DNA from: Actinomycetota bacterium
GTDB taxonomy: Bacteria > Actinomycetota > Acidimicrobiia > Acidimicrobiales > Ilumatobacteraceae
DNA length: 64,000 nt
Direction: 5' to 3'
Assembly (NCBI GenBank): GCA_026393575.1
Contig: JAPKZX010000073.1
Span: forward strand, 4,793 to 68,792
Position 1 is the stretch's first letter. The number at the start of each line of letters is the position of its first letter. Of the stretch, positions 7,953 through 16,374 are shown in pieces. Both the position numbers and the translations under genes were made by a program. The notes beneath the pieces were generated by a model. It was given only the letters and a program-made list of their open reading frames with translations, was not told the origin of the DNA and made no database searches.

Positions 7953-8332
7953 TGGCAATTCGTCCCACTGAAAAACTGCATGACGTCGGCGAGTTCATTC
8001 GCCAACAGCGCGAAAATGCACAACAAAGCATTCGCGACCTTGCGCGGTCTGCTGGTGTCTCAAATCCGTATCTGTCTCAAATTGAACGAGGCATTCGTCG
8101 ACCATCTGCTGACATCTTGCAGCAGATTGCGCGCGCCTTAGAGATTTCCGCAGAGACTTTGTATGTGCGCGCTGGAATTTTGGATGGGACACCACCCGAG
8201 ACAAGCAGCGTTCCTGAAGCCATCAACAATGATGAGCGTCTCACGCCCGAGCAAAAGCAGAGCTTGTTGTCGGTTTATCGCTCTTTCGTGGGTAGCCAGG
8301 AAACCACTGCGCCCGTTGCCGACCCCCAGTAG
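7952..8332 (+). CDS. XRE-family helix-turn-helix transcriptional regulator
   Basis: IRQQRENAQQSIRDLARSAGVSNPYLSQIERGIRRPSADILQQIARAL is a classic Cro/C1 HTH. The start overlaps the upstream stop (TAATG). Confidence 0.85.
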   Translation: MAIRPTEKLHDVGEFIRQQRENAQQSIRDLARSAGVSNPYLSQIERGIRRPSADILQQIARALEISAETLYVRAGILDGTPPETSSVPEAINNDERLTPEQKQSLLSVYRSFVGSQETTAPVADPQ

Positions 8333-8368
8333 GGGAATCAGAACACCTCTAGATAGGTTGACTATCTC

Positions 8369-9580
8369 ATGCGTCGTGTAGCAGTTCTCTCTCTTCACAC
8401 CTCTCCATTGGCTCAGCCAGGTATTGGCGATGGTGGCGGAATGAATGTCTACGTGCGTGAACTTGTATCGGCACTTGCTCATGCCGGAGTGGATTGCACC
8501 ACTTATACACGTGCATGGCGCGATGACCTGCCAGCAGAAATCAACGTCGAGCCAAATCACAAGGTTGTTCATATTCCCGCCGGTGCAGTGGACATGCCCA
8601 AAGGTGACCTTCTTTCTGTAGTTCCTGAGTTCACCGACGGTGTTCTGCGCCACATCAACGCAAATGGCGGCACAGATGTGATTCATGCCAATTATTGGCT
8701 CAGTGGTTTGAGTGGCCACACACTGAAGCACGAACTCGACGTTCCCCTTGTCAGCACGTTTCACACGTTTGCGCGTGTGAAGGCACTGGGTGGCGACCCT
8801 GAATCTGAATTGCGCGAACAAGCAGAAACAGATGTCATTGGTTGTTCTGACGTGATTTGTGTGAGTTGCACTGAGGAAGAACGCCAGTTCATCGAGCTGT
8901 ATGGCAACCCTCCTGGCACGACTGAAATTGTTGCGCCCGGCGTAGAGCATGCATTTTTTGCACCAGGTGACAAACGTGGTGCACGCAAAGCTCTCGAGTT
9001 GGGTGACGGACCAGTGTTGTTGTTCGTCGGACGTATTCAGCCCCTGAAAGGTGCCGATGTTGCGGTGCGATCTCTTGCTGAACTGAACAGGCCTGATGCA
9101 ACACTCCTCATTGTCGGTGGCGCTAGTGGTACCGAAGGTGAAACAGAAATTGCTCACGTTCATGCGTTGATGCAAGAACTCAAAGTGGAAAACCAAGTGC
9201 GCTTTGTTGCCCCACAAGCACACCACATTTTGTCCACGTACTATCGCGCTGCAGACGTTGTTCTTGTACCAAGCCGTAGTGAGAGTTTTGGCCTTGTCGC
9301 ATTAGAGGCAGCAGCGTGTGGAACACCTGTTGTTGCAAATGCGGTAGGCGGCTTGCTCACGATTGTCGAGCACGGACGAACTGGTTTCTTAGTTCCAGAC
9401 CGTCAGCCTGAAATTTTTGCTCGCCACATTGCAAACATCTTGGATGACCCTGCACTTTCTGCGCGAATGTCGCACGATGCTGCAGAACGAGCAAAGGGCT
9501 ACACATGGAGTTTTGCTGCTGCTCGACTTCGCCGCGCATACACAGACATCACTTCTCGTGATCGCGTGGTGTGCAAGTAA
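8369..9580 (+). CDS. mshA: D-inositol-3-phosphate glycosyltransferase MshA (mycothiol biosynthesis)
   Basis: N-terminal RVAVLSLHTSPLAQPGIGDGGGMNVYVRELV and a GT4 C-terminal domain with ESFGLVALEAAACGTPVVA. Confidence 0.88.
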   Translation: MRRVAVLSLHTSPLAQPGIGDGGGMNVYVRELVSALAHAGVDCTTYTRAWRDDLPAEINVEPNHKVVHIPAGAVDMPKGDLLSVVPEFTDGVLRHINANGGTDVIHANYWLSGLSGHTLKHELDVPLVSTFHTFARVKALGGDPESELREQAETDVIGCSDVICVSCTEEERQFIELYGNPPGTTEIVAPGVEHAFFAPGDKRGARKALELGDGPVLLFVGRIQPLKGADVAVRSLAELNRPDATLLIVGGASGTEGETEIAHVHALMQELKVENQVRFVAPQAHHILSTYYRAADVVLVPSRSESFGLVALEAAACGTPVVANAVGGLLTIVEHGRTGFLVPDRQPEIFARHIANILDDPALSARMSHDAAERAKGYTWSFAAARLRRAYTDITSRDRVVCK

Positions 9581-9584
9581 ACAC

Positions 9585-10046
9585 ATGAGCGAATTGTTTA
9601 GTAACTCCGATGTAGCCGTTTTAGAACGACGAATTACTGAATGGCTCTTTGCCATGAAGGACCGCAACGAGGCAATCGCTGCAGTCGATAAAGATCAAGA
9701 GAATCATCACCGTTGGTATGTGCGTTTACGTGGTGAAGAAAAAGAGTTCACGACTGTGTGGCTCACATTGGGTCAGCGCACTTTGCGATATGAAACCTAT
9801 GTGATGCCTGCGCCCGAAGAAAACGCCGAAGCACTGTATGAGCATGTCTTGCGCCGAAATGAATCCTTAGTCGGCGCTCATTTTTCTATCGGCGTCGAAG
9901 ATGCAATCTTCTTGCGCGGCGAGTTGCCTTTGCGTCTGGTTGATGAACCAGAACTGGATCGAGTGGTAGGAACGTTGTACGCCACAGTCGAACGCGTTTT
10001 TCCCGCCATCATTCGCATTGGCTTCGCCAGCAAATTCGCTGACTAA
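9585..10046 (+). CDS. YbjN-domain protein (conserved mshA neighbour)
   Basis: Starts at ATG 9585 (MSELFSNSD...), 5 nt after the mshA stop. Size and position match the YbjN-like gene found next to mshA in mycobacteria. The track start 9417 lies inside mshA. Confidence 0.65.
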   Translation: MSELFSNSDVAVLERRITEWLFAMKDRNEAIAAVDKDQENHHRWYVRLRGEEKEFTTVWLTLGQRTLRYETYVMPAPEENAEALYEHVLRRNESLVGAHFSIGVEDAIFLRGELPLRLVDEPELDRVVGTLYATVERVFPAIIRIGFASKFAD

Positions 10047-10149
10047 ATCTGCCCCAGCACAAAACCCATCCCCACATTTACTGTGCCGGGGGCGGAAAGG
10101 TCGGGGAAGTCAGTTCCGTCCTCGGCGTCCACCCCATTAGTCTCGTTGC

Positions 10150-10944
10150 ATGACTTCACACACCTCGCGACTTGTCGTTATCGGCGGCGGCAACATGGGT
10201 TCTGCCCTGGTGGGCGGGTTAGTGCAGAGCGGGTGGGATCCTTCCACCATCACGGTTGTTGAGATTGATGCTGCCAAATGCGCACAATTGGAAAAAGACC
10301 TTGGTGTTCGCACAAGCAACGTGGTTGTTGCTGCCGAGGGCGCACTCATCGCTGTAAAACCGGGGGATGTTGTGGGTGTATGTGAGCAAGTTGCTGCAAC
10401 CGGAACACCGCGAGTGTTGTCTATTGCTGCTGGTATTTCCGTAGCCACCTTGCAACAGGCCGTGGGGAGCACAGTTGTCGCCGTGCGCGCAATGCCGAAC
10501 ACGCCAGCATTGGTAAAAGAAGGTGTCACTGCAATCTGTGGAAGCAGTGCATGTACTGAAGAAGATTACGCGTGGGCCGAATCGTTGCTATCTGCTGTTG
10601 GACTCGTGGTGCGTGTTCCTGAATTGCAGATGGATGCGGTCACCGCAGTTGCTGGTTCAGGTCCTGCATATATTTTTCTTATGGCTGAAGCGCTGTTGGC
10701 AGCTGCGATCGCAGAGGGGTTACCTCACGATGTCGCTGACGCCCTGGTACGTCAGTTGTTTCGTGGATCGGGAATCTTGTTGGCTGACTCATCCGACAGC
10801 CCTGCCACACTTCGCGAAAAGGTGACCTCGCCCAATGGAACGACGGCTGCCGGATTAGCTGTATTTGAAGAGTCGAAACTTCGTGAAATCGTGCACAACG
10901 TGGTGAAAGCGGCCGCTGCACGTAGCGCTGAGATGGGCAAATAG
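10150..10944 (+). CDS. proC: pyrroline-5-carboxylate reductase
   Basis: NAD(P) fold VVIGGGNMGSALVGGL and the C-terminal SPNGTTAAGL motif. Confidence 0.9.
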   Translation: MTSHTSRLVVIGGGNMGSALVGGLVQSGWDPSTITVVEIDAAKCAQLEKDLGVRTSNVVVAAEGALIAVKPGDVVGVCEQVAATGTPRVLSIAAGISVATLQQAVGSTVVAVRAMPNTPALVKEGVTAICGSSACTEEDYAWAESLLSAVGLVVRVPELQMDAVTAVAGSGPAYIFLMAEALLAAAIAEGLPHDVADALVRQLFRGSGILLADSSDSPATLREKVTSPNGTTAAGLAVFEESKLREIVHNVVKAAAARSAEMGK

Positions 10945-11002
10945 AGCCACCAAAATTTCCTACGAGGGTTTTCACTTTTTGTGGCCATGAGGAGTAGGTT
11001 TA

Positions 11003-11103
11003 GTGACACAGGTCACCGATGGTGGGAAACCAGCATCGGGAGTCGCGCTCAGCAATGAGCTGCGCCGAGAGGGCTGGTGCCGTCGGGGGGTTGGCACCAG
11101 CCC
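11003..11103 (+). ncRNA. candidate structured RNA element (four consecutive hairpins) in the proC - DUF62 intergenic region
   Basis: Four hairpins in series. (1) GTGAC-acag-GTCAC at 11003-11016. (2) CGAUGGUGG-GAAA-CCAGCAUCG at 11017-11038. (3) CGCGCUCA-GCAA-UGAGC(U)GCG at 11044-11064. (4) GGGCUGGUGCC-11 nt-GGCACCAGCCC at 11071-11103. The GNRA tetraloops exist only on the + strand. Confidence 0.3.
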
Positions 11104-11174
11104 TCCCGTATGTCTAGGCACATGTTGCAGTGCAAGTGAATCTCAAATCTGTTCCTACTCAATAAGGTGAAGTC

Positions 11175-12032
11175 ATGCATTCGCACGTATCTCTGCTCAC
11201 TGACTACGGACTACACGATGAATTTGTTGGCGTAATGAAATGCGTGATTACAGATCTTGCTCCGCATGCGCGCATCACAGACATCACTCATGGAATTCCC
11301 GCTTTTGATGTTCGTGCTGGTTCGCTTGCGCTTGCTCGCGCCATTCAATATGTGCCGCCTGGAATTGTGATTGCAGTTGTTGACCCAGGTGTTGGTTCAA
11401 ATCGACGCGCTATCGCAATCGAAGTTGCAGGTGGCCAGGGAGTGCTAATCGGCCCTGATAATGGTCTTCTTGCGTCGGCTGCAGCAATGGCAGGTGGCGC
11501 AGAACGAGTGTTTGAACTCTCCAACACGGATCTGCATATCGATGCGCCTGGTACAACATTTGCTGGTCGCGATATTTTTGCACCAGTTGCAGCGCACTTA
11601 TGCAACGGTGGCGCGATTGAAGATGTGGGACCAGAAATTGATTCAGCAACAGTGATGCCCGGACTTGTTCCTATTCCCACAGTTGAGAAACACGATGCAT
11701 ACGGCGAGGGATTGCGTTGTGAAGTGACGTGGGTAGACGGTTACGGAAATTGCCAACTCAATGTTGGGCCAGACGAGATTGCACAGTTCGGAACCACGGT
11801 TCGTCTTGTGATGGGTGACGATGTACGAAGCGCTCGCATTGCTTCCCATTTTGCTGAGATCGACGGCGGAGCCATTGGGGCCGTTGTTGATTCATACGGC
11901 ATGGTGGCCCTGGCGGTCGACCGTGGTTCTGCAGCGGAAACGTTGCGTCTGAGCGCAGGCGATGCAGTGCTTGTCTTTACAGGCTCTGGCGATGGTCAGA
12001 CCTCTGCCGTGAGCATCCGCTCAGCCAAGTAG
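11175..12032 (+). CDS. S-adenosyl-L-methionine hydroxide adenosyltransferase family protein (DUF62, SAM hydrolase / halogenase-like)
   Basis: LLTDYGLHDEFVGVMKCVI...VVDPGVGSNRRAIAIE...GPDNGLL...FAGRDIFAPVAAHL is the signature of the fluorinase/chlorinase-related family. Confidence 0.85.
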   Translation: MHSHVSLLTDYGLHDEFVGVMKCVITDLAPHARITDITHGIPAFDVRAGSLALARAIQYVPPGIVIAVVDPGVGSNRRAIAIEVAGGQGVLIGPDNGLLASAAAMAGGAERVFELSNTDLHIDAPGTTFAGRDIFAPVAAHLCNGGAIEDVGPEIDSATVMPGLVPIPTVEKHDAYGEGLRCEVTWVDGYGNCQLNVGPDEIAQFGTTVRLVMGDDVRSARIASHFAEIDGGAIGAVVDSYGMVALAVDRGSAAETLRLSAGDAVLVFTGSGDGQTSAVSIRSAK

Positions 12033-12139
12033 TGTTTGCACTGTGCGACCAGCGACAACCTTGACAATTGCTTTACTTATCGGAATCATCATGGCTGCTG
12101 GCATTGTCAACTTGCTGATTATGAAATAGAGCGATCTTC

Positions 12140-13627
12140 ATGAATCTTTCCCACATCATTGACGGACATCCTGATGATGCACCAGCGCTGATTTCTCGTG
12201 GTCGAGTCACCACATATGGCGCGTTGCGCCAACAAGTTGGCAGTATGCGCAGCGCCCTTACTCGTAATGGTGTTGGCAAAGGCGACGTTGTTGCGTTGCT
12301 ATGTGGAAACAGCAGATATTTCGTGGTGTCGTACCTCGCAGCTATTGGCGTTGGCGCGATTGTTTCACCGCTCAATCCCACAAGTCCTGCCCCAGAGATT
12401 GAAGGCGAACTTCACGTTGTGAAACCAACTGTTGTTGTGGTTGAGCCATCTGCTGTTGCAACATGGCTTCAGATTCCTTCCGAGACTCGAAATGCAGTGC
12501 GCATAGTTGTAGCCACAGAAGGCCACGACATTGCCGGGGCAATCACAATTGATGAATGCCTGCAGGGTGAAACCGCTGCGATTATTGATGTTGAAGCCAC
12601 GCATCCTGCTGTGTACATGTTTACAAGTGGTACTGCGGGCTCACCGAAAGCTGCGATTCTTACTCACAATAATTTGCTGACGAATATTCATCAGGCAAAT
12701 GTCGCTGAGCACTTAGTTGCCGGCGATGTCACTTTTGGAATCTTGCCGTTGTTCCACATCTTTGGTCTCAACGTAGTTTTGGGAACCACACTTGCTTCTG
12801 GTGGTTCAGTTGTTCTGGTACAACGTTTTGATCCTGTTGCAACAATGGAAACCATTGCTGATCGGGGCATCACTGTGATGCCGGGTTCCCCCAATATGTG
12901 GATGGCACTCGCACAGATGGATCATGCAACTCCTCACGGATTTGCAGGTGTGCGCCTTGCGTTGTCTGGTGCGGCCAAGTTGCCCGAACAAATCAGTCAT
13001 TCCATGAGCGCACGTTTTGGTTTGCAGATTCAAGAGGGCTACGGCCTCACAGAAGCAGCACCTGTTGTTACAACTTCAATTGGTATGACATGGACACCCG
13101 GTTCTATTGGTCGACCAGTTCCCGGTATTGAGTTACGAATTGTTGATGAGAATGGCGAAGACGTTTTGCTTGGCGATAGTGGCGAGATTTGGATTCGCGG
13201 CGAAAACATTTTTGCTGGTTATCTCAATGATCCCGAAGCAACTGCGCGAGTTCTCACTCGTGACGGTTGGTTGCGTACAGGTGACATTGCGGTGGTCGAT
13301 GAAGATGGCCACTTGTACATGGTTGACCGTGTAAAAGATCTCATCATTGTTTCAGGATTCAACGTTTTCCCCGCAGAAGTTGAAGGTGTGCTTTCAGCTC
13401 ATCCCGATGTTGCAGAAGTAACTGTTGTTGGCACACCGCACCCACACACTGGTGAAGCAGTTCGTGCGTACATTGTGACGCGCAATGGTGTGCATCTCGA
13501 CGAAGATGCAATTATCGATTATTGCCGAACGAAGTTGGCTCGATACAAAAGTCCTTCGAAGATTTTGTTTGTCGACACCCTGCCGCGCAACATCAGCGGG
13601 AAGGTGCAGCGCTTCGCTTTGAAGTAG
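12140..13627 (+). CDS. AMP-dependent synthetase/ligase (long-chain fatty-acid-CoA ligase-like)
   Basis: AMP-binding motifs MFTSGTAGSPKAA, EGYGLTE and TGDIAVVDEDGHLYMVDRVKD, plus the C-terminal SGKVQR. Confidence 0.9.
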   Translation: MNLSHIIDGHPDDAPALISRGRVTTYGALRQQVGSMRSALTRNGVGKGDVVALLCGNSRYFVVSYLAAIGVGAIVSPLNPTSPAPEIEGELHVVKPTVVVVEPSAVATWLQIPSETRNAVRIVVATEGHDIAGAITIDECLQGETAAIIDVEATHPAVYMFTSGTAGSPKAAILTHNNLLTNIHQANVAEHLVAGDVTFGILPLFHIFGLNVVLGTTLASGGSVVLVQRFDPVATMETIADRGITVMPGSPNMWMALAQMDHATPHGFAGVRLALSGAAKLPEQISHSMSARFGLQIQEGYGLTEAAPVVTTSIGMTWTPGSIGRPVPGIELRIVDENGEDVLLGDSGEIWIRGENIFAGYLNDPEATARVLTRDGWLRTGDIAVVDEDGHLYMVDRVKDLIIVSGFNVFPAEVEGVLSAHPDVAEVTVVGTPHPHTGEAVRAYIVTRNGVHLDEDAIIDYCRTKLARYKSPSKILFVDTLPRNISGKVQRFALK

Positions 13628-14390
13628 TTGCGCTTGTGGCGTTGCTTGCCACAAGAAAACCAACAAACAAGATACTGATGCCTGCCATAAGGGTGACAGC
13701 AAATGCTGTGTCTGCGCCGAGGCGTCCGGTGAACGTTCCACTGGCGGACAATGTTGCTGCACCGAGCGCAATGAAAATGTTTCCAAGCGCCAACATGCGT
13801 GGTGAAGAAACATTGCGTGTGGCAGTTGCGGTGAGTGCGGGGTTTGCCCCGCGAAGTACTCGATAGGCCGACCACAGTGCACCAACAAAAATAATGGTGG
13901 CGGGAATGGCCGAACCCACAGCAGCCAAGATGCGGGGAAGTGGGTCGAACAATTCGCTGCCCTTTGGCAACTCATTCGGAGAGAGGATGCTGTTCATGGG
14001 CGCTGTGAGGATGACGCCGGCTGAGAACCCGCTGAAGACAAGCAAGATTCTGGTGGTGACACGGCCAGCGCGAGGCCCTGCCAGAAGAAAAATGGTGCCG
14101 AGGGCCAGCCAGGGAACATTGAGGACGGCTCCCAACAAGAAAAAGATGCGAAATGACGGCTCGCTCCATCCACGAGCCTCGCCCCACCATAAGGAAAACG
14201 CCGCCAAGGCAAACAAAGCCATGGCAATTGTCCAGGCCAGTTCATGGGGGCGATGGCGCCTGAGCCAGCGATCCCAGGTGCTGAGACCAAAGGCCACGGC
14301 AATAAGGGCGGAGGCGGCGGCAAGAGCCGTGTTCAAGGTCACGGTAGTAAAGGCTAGGGGCAGCCCAACGGAGTTCGTGAAACCGTGCAC
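13593..14390 (-). CDS. integral membrane protein, unknown function
   Basis: Multiple hydrophobic helices. The probable start is GTG 14390, because the longer track ORF would run across the rex start. The 3' end overlaps the ligase gene by 35 nt (convergent). Confidence 0.55.
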   Translation of the reverse strand: MHGFTNSVGLPLAFTTVTLNTALAAASALIAVAFGLSTWDRWLRRHRPHELAWTIAMALFALAAFSLWWGEARGWSEPSFRIFFLLGAVLNVPWLALGTIFLLAGPRAGRVTTRILLVFSGFSAGVILTAPMNSILSPNELPKGSELFDPLPRILAAVGSAIPATIIFVGALWSAYRVLRGANPALTATATRNVSSPRMLALGNIFIALGAATLSASGTFTGRLGADTAFAVTLMAGISILFVGFLVASNATSATTSKRSAAPSR

Positions 14391-14393
14391 GAA
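14374..14393. promoter_or_regulatory. candidate Rex operator
   Basis: TCGTGAA-ACCG-TGCACGA (14375-14392) matches 11 of 14 specified positions of the commonly quoted Rex operator TTGTGAA-N4-TTCACAA. It lies about 20 nt upstream of the rex ATG. Confidence 0.4.
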
Positions 14394-14411
14394 GCAATAG
14401 CGTGGAGTTGC

Positions 14412-15101
14412 ATGTCGGACTCCCCCCGCCGCCGAATTCCAGAAGCCGCCCTCGGGCGTCTGCCTATCTATTTGCGCATTCTCGTCGACCTCGGCACCGA
14501 GAATGTTGCGCAAGTGTCAAGCGAGCAACTCGCAGAACTAGCAGCCGTTAATGCGGCCAAGGTGAGAAAGGACTTGTCCTATCTCGGCACGTACGGCACC
14601 CGCGGCGTTGGCTACGAAGTGCAGTTCTTGATGTATCAAATTCAACGTGAACTTGGGCTGAACCAGTCATGGCCACTCGTGATTGTTGGAGCAGGCAACT
14701 TAGGTCAAGCGCTCGCAAATTTCTCCGGCATTGCAGAACGCGGTTTTCACATTGTCGGAGTCGTAGACAAAGACGCCTCAAAGATCGGAACTGTTGTTGG
14801 TGGCGTTCGCGTCAAGCACGTCGACGAACTAACAAACATCGTCCAGGCAAAAGCAGTGAGCATTGGCATCATCGCAACCCCTGCCCAACATGCCCAAGAG
14901 GCAGCCGATGCCTTAGTGCGAGCCGGTGTGGGATCCATCATGAACTTTGCTCCTACAGTGTTGGCTGTGCCACGTGGAGTCAATATTCGAAAAGTCGATC
15001 TGGCACTTGAACTTCAAATCTTGAGTTACTACGAACAGACCCGAAACAACGGACTACGAGCTGTCCCTACGGGTGAGCACTCAGATTCGGTCAGCGCGTA
15101 A
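14412..15101 (+). CDS. rex: redox-sensing transcriptional repressor Rex
   Basis: RIPEAALGRLPIYLRIL...VSSEQLAE...VRKDLSYLGTYGTRGVGYEV and Rossmann motif IVGAGNLGQAL. It is the first gene of the hem operon, as in Streptomyces. Confidence 0.9.
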   Translation: MSDSPRRRIPEAALGRLPIYLRILVDLGTENVAQVSSEQLAELAAVNAAKVRKDLSYLGTYGTRGVGYEVQFLMYQIQRELGLNQSWPLVIVGAGNLGQALANFSGIAERGFHIVGVVDKDASKIGTVVGGVRVKHVDELTNIVQAKAVSIGIIATPAQHAQEAADALVRAGVGSIMNFAPTVLAVPRGVNIRKVDLALELQILSYYEQTRNNGLRAVPTGEHSDSVSA

Positions 15102-15106
15102 GCATC

Positions 15107-16366
15107 ATGTCCATCGTTGTCATCGGTCTCAACCATCGAACTACTCCAGTAGATCTATTGGGCAAGGTCATGATTTCCGATGCAGCACTTCCAAAAGCGT
15201 TGCATGCACTGTCAGTTCGCGATGACATTCGCGAAGCGGTAATTGTTTCTACGTGCAATCGCACCGAGGTCTACGCAATCGCTGAAAGATTTCACGGTGC
15301 ATACACAGACATCCGCGATTTCATTTGTGAAACGAGCGGTGTTGCTCCAGAAGAAATCTCTGCGCATCTGTACAGCCAACATGATGACGATGCCATTGTG
15401 CATTTGTTTGAAGTTGCAGCAGGACTTGATTCAGCCGTACTTGGTGAAACCGAAGTTTTAGGCCAAGTTCGTCACGCGTGGGATGTGGCAATGAATGAGG
15501 GTTCATCGCGTAGTGCGCTGAACTTACTTTTCCGTTACGCCCTAGAAGTAGGAAAGCGCGCGCGCACTGAAACAGGAATTAGCAAGTCAACAGCGTCTGT
15601 TTCGCATGCTGCAGTTGAAATGGCTGAAGAGATTCTTGGTTCTTTGACCGGTAAGAGTGTTCTTGTTGTTGGCGCTGGCGAAATGGGCGAAGGTGTTGCA
15701 ACTGCTTTATCTCGTGCTGGAGTTGCAACTATGACAGTGGTCAACCGCACCGAGTCACGTGGTGAAGCTCTGGCAGAAAAAGTCGGGGCGCGTGTGTGCT
15801 CATTTGATTTCCTAGAAACTGAACTTGCGAGTGCCGACGTTGTCTTGGCGTGCACCGGTGCAGGAACTTGCGTCATTGATTTTGATTTGGTCTCGCGTAC
15901 TCGTACAGACTCAAGTCGTCCGGTACTGATTGTGGACATTGCATTACCACGCGATGTCGAGCCAACAGTTGCAACAATTGCGAATGTCACGTTGCGTGAC
16001 CTCGATCATCTCAGTCAATGGGCACAACGCGGCATCGAACAACGCGCGTCGGAAATAGATCAAGTGCGCAACATTATTTCTGACGAGGTGGAACGCTTCA
16101 CGCTTGATCAGGCACAACGCCAAGCGGCTCCATTGGTGGCGCAATTGCGAGAAGTAATTGAGGCCGTGCGTGTTTCTGAAATTGAGCGATTCACTGGCCG
16201 GCTCACCGACCTCACCCCAGAACAGCGTGAGGTGGTTGAATCCATTACTCGGGGCATCGTCAACAAGATGCTTCACACACCGTCTGTCCGCCTGCGAGAA
16301 GCAGCCGGAACTCCACAGGGAGAGCGTTTGTCCGCAGCGGTGCGAGATTTGTTTAGTCTCGACTGA
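15107..16366 (+). CDS. hemA: glutamyl-tRNA reductase
   Basis: VSTCNRTEVYA catalytic-Cys motif and NADPH fold VVGAGEMGE. Confidence 0.92.
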   Translation: MSIVVIGLNHRTTPVDLLGKVMISDAALPKALHALSVRDDIREAVIVSTCNRTEVYAIAERFHGAYTDIRDFICETSGVAPEEISAHLYSQHDDDAIVHLFEVAAGLDSAVLGETEVLGQVRHAWDVAMNEGSSRSALNLLFRYALEVGKRARTETGISKSTASVSHAAVEMAEEILGSLTGKSVLVVGAGEMGEGVATALSRAGVATMTVVNRTESRGEALAEKVGARVCSFDFLETELASADVVLACTGAGTCVIDFDLVSRTRTDSSRPVLIVDIALPRDVEPTVATIANVTLRDLDHLSQWAQRGIEQRASEIDQVRNIISDEVERFTLDQAQRQAAPLVAQLREVIEAVRVSEIERFTGRLTDLTPEQREVVESITRGIVNKMLHTPSVRLREAAGTPQGERLSAAVRDLFSLD

Positions 16367-16374
16367 ATACATCT

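Noticed and set aside
8138-9226. Long 362-aa ORF on the minus strand.
   Set aside because: It lies fully antisense to the confidently recognised mshA gene. The translation is Cys/His/Phe-rich with no recognisable motif, which is typical of a shadow ORF.
11003-11103. Tested the hairpin stack against SAM-I and SAM-IV riboswitch cores and the SRP RNA domain IV motif, from memory.
   Set aside because: It lacks the conserved cores I remember: the GGCAACC-type SAM-binding core and the GGAA-capped AGCAGC-type SRP helix 8. It has three or four independent hairpins rather than one long closing helix. It is kept only as an unassigned element.
10987-11139. Small ORF (MRSRFSDTGHRWWETSIGSRAQQ-TGA-AAPRGLV...) with an in-frame TGA followed 16 nt later by the strong 11-bp hairpin. 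Considered as a second selenoprotein.
   Set aside because: The peptide is Arg/Trp/Ser-rich with no redox motif and no ribosome-binding site. The TGA lies inside another hairpin. A structured non-coding RNA explains the region better.
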